Shown one piece after another: positions 61,033 to 64,000 of a stretch of DNA of 64,000 bases; position 1 is the stretch's first letter, and every line of letters begins with the position of its first letter. Origin of the DNA: Candidatus Borrarchaeum weybense (GTDB taxonomy: Archaea > Asgardarchaeota > Sifarchaeia > Borrarchaeales > Borrarchaeaceae); the NCBI GenBank assembly GCA_019057385.1, contig JAHQJS010000007.1, positions 841,040-905,039 of the forward strand. The letters run 5' to 3'. A model generated the notes under the pieces. That model was not told where the DNA came from. It saw only the letters and a list, made by a program, of their open reading frames with translations, and made no database searches. Position numbers and translations under genes: made by a program.

Positions 61033-61497
61033 CTACAGATCCAGTTTCTCAAGAATTTTAATTGAGTATTCCTCGATTTCATCAGCACATCTTCGAAACG
61101 CTTCCGTTGAGAGCCCATAAGGGTCGTCTACATCTAAATCGTCTGTTTCTCCACCGCATTCTTTCAATGTAACCACCTTTTTTGAATCGTTGGTGTAGTA
61201 CGATAGTATATGCTGCTTAACACTTTCATCTAGCGTTAAAATAAGCTCTGCTTCTCTTGCCATCTCTTTCGTAAGTTGTACACCGCCATATCCTGAAATA
61301 TCGATTCCTCGTTCTTTGGCTACTTGTATGGATTTAGAATGTGGTGGTGAACCTTCGTAAGCATGGATCCCTGCTGAGCGGACAATTATGCTATCTGATT
61401 TTTCACTGTTTTCTAGTAGTTGTTTGAAGATTCCTTCGGCAAGAGGGCTTCGACACAGATTTGCATAACAGACAAAAATAATATTCATTGGAGACAA
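61033..61497 (-). CDS. Low-molecular-weight protein Tyr/Arg phosphatase
   Basis: FVCYANLCRSPLAE P-loop, SAGI, DDPYG. Confidence 0.9.
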   Translation of the reverse strand: MSPMNIIFVCYANLCRSPLAEGIFKQLLENSEKSDSIIVRSAGIHAYEGSPPHSKSIQVAKERGIDISGYGGVQLTKEMAREAELILTLDESVKQHILSYYTNDSKKVVTLKECGGETDDLDVDDPYGLSTEAFRRCADEIEEYSIKILEKLDL

Positions 61498-61542
61498 ATG
61501 CTACACTCCATTCGCACAATTAAAAAAGGTGAAAAAGGCGGA

Positions 61543-62049
61543 TTACTTGCGACTTTCTTCGTACGCTTTCTTTACTTCGTGTACATCTTTTTCCTTACGC
61601 AAAGGATATAGATCATCTGGCCAGTCATCCGGTAAGACTAATCGAGTCAAGCCTGGATGTCCCTCAAAGTTAATTCCAACGAGGTCATGAACTTCGCGCT
61701 CATATAGTACTGCTCCTGGAATGACACTTGTAATTGAAGTGACAGTCGGATTATCTTTTGGCAGAAGTACTCTTACTGTAACTTCTATCTCTATCTCGCC
61801 CAAACCTTTTGGTCTTGTAGCCATATGATAGAGAACTTCAAAAGATTCTTCTGCTTCTAAACCTGTAATTGTACTAACATGTGTTCCACCAAATTCTTTC
61901 TTCAGAAATGATACCCCATCAAGAATAGACTCTTTATTGAATGTGAGGTAGACTCTCCTAGGGCGTTCAATTTTTGAATCCGTTAATCCGTCTCCAAATT
62001 TTGATTTTGCAGCGTTAACAATTTTATTCTCTATTTCTAACTCACTCAT
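61543..62049 (-). CDS. NuoC/30-kDa subunit of a complex I-like or hydrogenase complex
   Basis: YEREVHDLVGINFEGHP.L.RL.LPDDW...YPLRK; ATG 62049 preferred. Confidence 0.85.
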   Translation of the reverse strand: MSELEIENKIVNAAKSKFGDGLTDSKIERPRRVYLTFNKESILDGVSFLKKEFGGTHVSTITGLEAEESFEVLYHMATRPKGLGEIEIEVTVRVLLPKDNPTVTSITSVIPGAVLYEREVHDLVGINFEGHPGLTRLVLPDDWPDDLYPLRKEKDVHEVKKAYEESRK

Positions 62050-62524
62050 TTTATTCACATTCCTTGTGACTATTGCCTTGTAAATTTCAATTTCCAAATT
62101 ATTATCAAGAAATGATGATACCTTAGATGAAAGGTATTGAAATTTAAATTTTACTTTTTAGGGGGAATATGCAGTCTTGTTAACAATTAGAGTAATATTC
62201 AAATATAAATGAACGTTAGGGGGCATCTATATGATATAACGCGTTCTTTCTTTAGTGATAACCTGTATATCAAATTATCTCTAATTTAAGGCAGTATCAG
62301 GGAATGAGATATATGTTGGGTTGTTTTAGGAAAGGATAAATTCATATATTGGACTGTATATGACAGTGGAGTAAAGATACTATTTGTCATTATCGTTCAT
62401 TATATATTTTCGTGAAAAGCTTACTTAGAAGAAAACTTTATATGGAAAAAGTTAGTGATGGCTGTTCGTTTTAGAAAGATTGATTTTGAAATATATCAAA
62501 ACCATAAACTAGAACGGTGAGATT

Positions 62525-62788
62525 ATGCAGATTGCGTTTATGAGTATTTGGCATTTAATTATACTTGTTGGACTTATTGTAACTGCTATTTTAGCCATCG
62601 AGTCTCGCTCTATAGTGTATTGCGTGATCTCATTGGCAATAATGAGTGTTTTATTGGGTGTACTCTTTTTTCTCTTGGACGCCCCATACGTTGGGGTTTT
62701 TCAAATCGCGGTCTATGCTGGTGCGATAACTATACTCATGCTAGCAACTATTAGCTTAGTATCTCAAGAAGAACGGGAGGTTAAATAA
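62525..62788 (+). CDS. NuoJ N-terminal-like membrane subunit
   Basis: LDAPYVGVFQIAVYAGAI. Confidence 0.75.
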   Translation: MQIAFMSIWHLIILVGLIVTAILAIESRSIVYCVISLAIMSVLLGVLFFLLDAPYVGVFQIAVYAGAITILMLATISLVSQEEREVK

Positions 62789-62789
62789 A

Positions 62790-63083
62790 ATGGCAGGCAA
62801 GAGTTCAGTTAGTAACGTGAGAATTGTCTTTGAAATAATTGGTGCTCTGCTTGGAATTGCATTCTTTGTTCTTTTATTTTCGAGCATCTACACGATAACT
62901 CCCTTCATCTATGGTCAGCCGCCGCTTTCTGTAGAGCTTGGAAACATTCCACAAACTGTTACTCAGAATCTATGGAGTAATCGCGGAATTGATATGATCT
63001 TACAGGCATTCTTATTATTCGCAACCGCAATTGGAGCGGCTGCTCTGTTTAGAGAAGAACTCAAAAGGAGGAATGAAGAATAA
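62790..63083 (+). CDS. NuoJ C-terminal-like membrane subunit
   Basis: LWSNRGID...QAFLLF..AIGA; lies between the J-like and K-like genes. Confidence 0.6.
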   Translation: MAGKSSVSNVRIVFEIIGALLGIAFFVLLFSSIYTITPFIYGQPPLSVELGNIPQTVTQNLWSNRGIDMILQAFLLFATAIGAAALFREELKRRNEE

Positions 63084-63409
63084 TGGCAATACCACCTCTA
63101 AGCATCGAGTTCTATTTAGGAACAGCTATTGTCCTTTATGTAATCGGTTTTTATTGCTTTGTTAGTAAGCGCAACATGATTAAGCTCATTATAGGTCTTG
63201 AAATTCTAATCGACGGAGCGCATCTTAATTTTATAGCATTTAGCGCGTATGCTAATGGTGGACTAATAGATCCTTTGGTGCACGCGATCGTGATTACAAG
63301 TATTGTAATCGGTGGTTGTATTGCAGCTATTGCGATGGCGCTCATTCTATCGGCTTACCGTCAGTATAAAACAATCAATATTCGCGAACTAAGGCGATTA
63401 AAGGAGTAG
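63083..63409 (+). CDS. NuoK/MnhC-like membrane subunit
   Basis: KRNMIKLIIGLEIL, three TM helices, YRQYKTINI. Confidence 0.8.
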   Translation: MAIPPLSIEFYLGTAIVLYVIGFYCFVSKRNMIKLIIGLEILIDGAHLNFIAFSAYANGGLIDPLVHAIVITSIVIGGCIAAIAMALILSAYRQYKTINIRELRRLKE

Positions 63410-63422
63410 AGGTGTTCAAAAG

Positions 63423-64000
63423 ATGTTACCTTACGCACCCTGGCTTTGCTGGGCTATTCCAATGATTGGAGCGGTTTTAACTCCACTTTTTGCAAAAGCT
63501 CATCCAAAAATTAGAGACTATATGGCAGTCCTTTTTTCTTTAGTGGCTGCCGGATTTGCGTTATCTATGATTCCAGATGTTTTAACAGGAAATGTTATGA
63601 ATTATGATCCTCTCTTGTTAAATACGTTGAATGGTACAGAACACGTCCCATTTGATTGGACAGTGCCTTGGATTCCATATATCAATGTAAATGCTGGAGT
63701 CCTGGTAGATCCTCTGTCCGTCTTAATGGCGAACGTAGCCACTTGTATAAGCGCTCTTATAATGATCTACAGCCTTGGGTATATGTCACATGACCCTGAC
63801 CAAACCCGCTACTGGTTTTGGATGCAGTTTTTCATCGGGGGCATGACACTTCTTGTGATCGCTGACAATTTCTTGCAGATGTTCGTTGGCTGGGAAATTG
63901 TCGGTGCATGTTCATATGGATTAATCGGATTCTGGCATAAGAAACCAAATATGATTGATGAACCATACCCAATGCTAAGGAGATCCGAAGGAGATTACAA
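63423..64000 (+). CDS. NuoL/MrpA-like antiporter subunit, 3'-truncated by window edge
   Basis: Own translation from ATG 63423: MLPYAPWL...VDPLS...IYSLGYM...ADNFLQMFVGWEIVGACSYGLIGFW. Confidence 0.88.
   Translation, partial: MLPYAPWLCWAIPMIGAVLTPLFAKAHPKIRDYMAVLFSLVAAGFALSMIPDVLTGNVMNYDPLLLNTLNGTEHVPFDWTVPWIPYINVNAGVLVDPLSVLMANVATCISALIMIYSLGYMSHDPDQTRYWFWMQFFIGGMTLLVIADNFLQMFVGWEIVGACSYGLIGFWHKKPNMIDEPYPMLRRSEGDY

Overview
AT-rich archaeal chromosome segment from an anaerobe. Mtd, the MtrH-family paralogs, CobY/CbiZ and a thermosome show it is archaeal; an Asgard or Bathyarchaeia-like lineage is my inference. Contents in order: (1) 1-16.3 kb, a cobamide salvage/remodelling locus (cbiB-cbiZ-cobS-cobY converging on an ECF-cobD-DUF71-AsnB-like-cobT-NPP operon) that carries several unexplained enzymes and a palindromic operator. 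(2) 16.5-36.6 kb, a corrinoid methyl-transfer island: two ATP-dependent corrinoid activases, three MtrH/MtgA paralogs, a corrinoid protein, a UroD-fold methyltransferase lacking the usual Zn ligands, two MetH-reactivation-like proteins, mtd, a divergent chaperonin, two Zn-ribbon orphans and a corrinoid-protein/ArsR-wHTH fusion regulator. (3) fba, cysS and a tRNA-Cys with an atypical A73 discriminator. (4) A copper locus with copA, a free YHS protein, a YHS-fused glucan phosphorylase and a PadR-TRASH regulator; copA and the regulator share an upstream palindrome, and two orphan DNA methyltransferases interrupt the locus. (5) trmO, an MNT/HEPN pair with a mutated toxin, an aminotransferase, two tandem multi-PAS hybrid kinases, an LMW phosphatase and the start of a complex I-like membrane operon. 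Five non-coding IS200/IS605 derivatives are scattered through the window, which contains no tnpA or tnpB. All family calls come from motif recognition; no database search was run.
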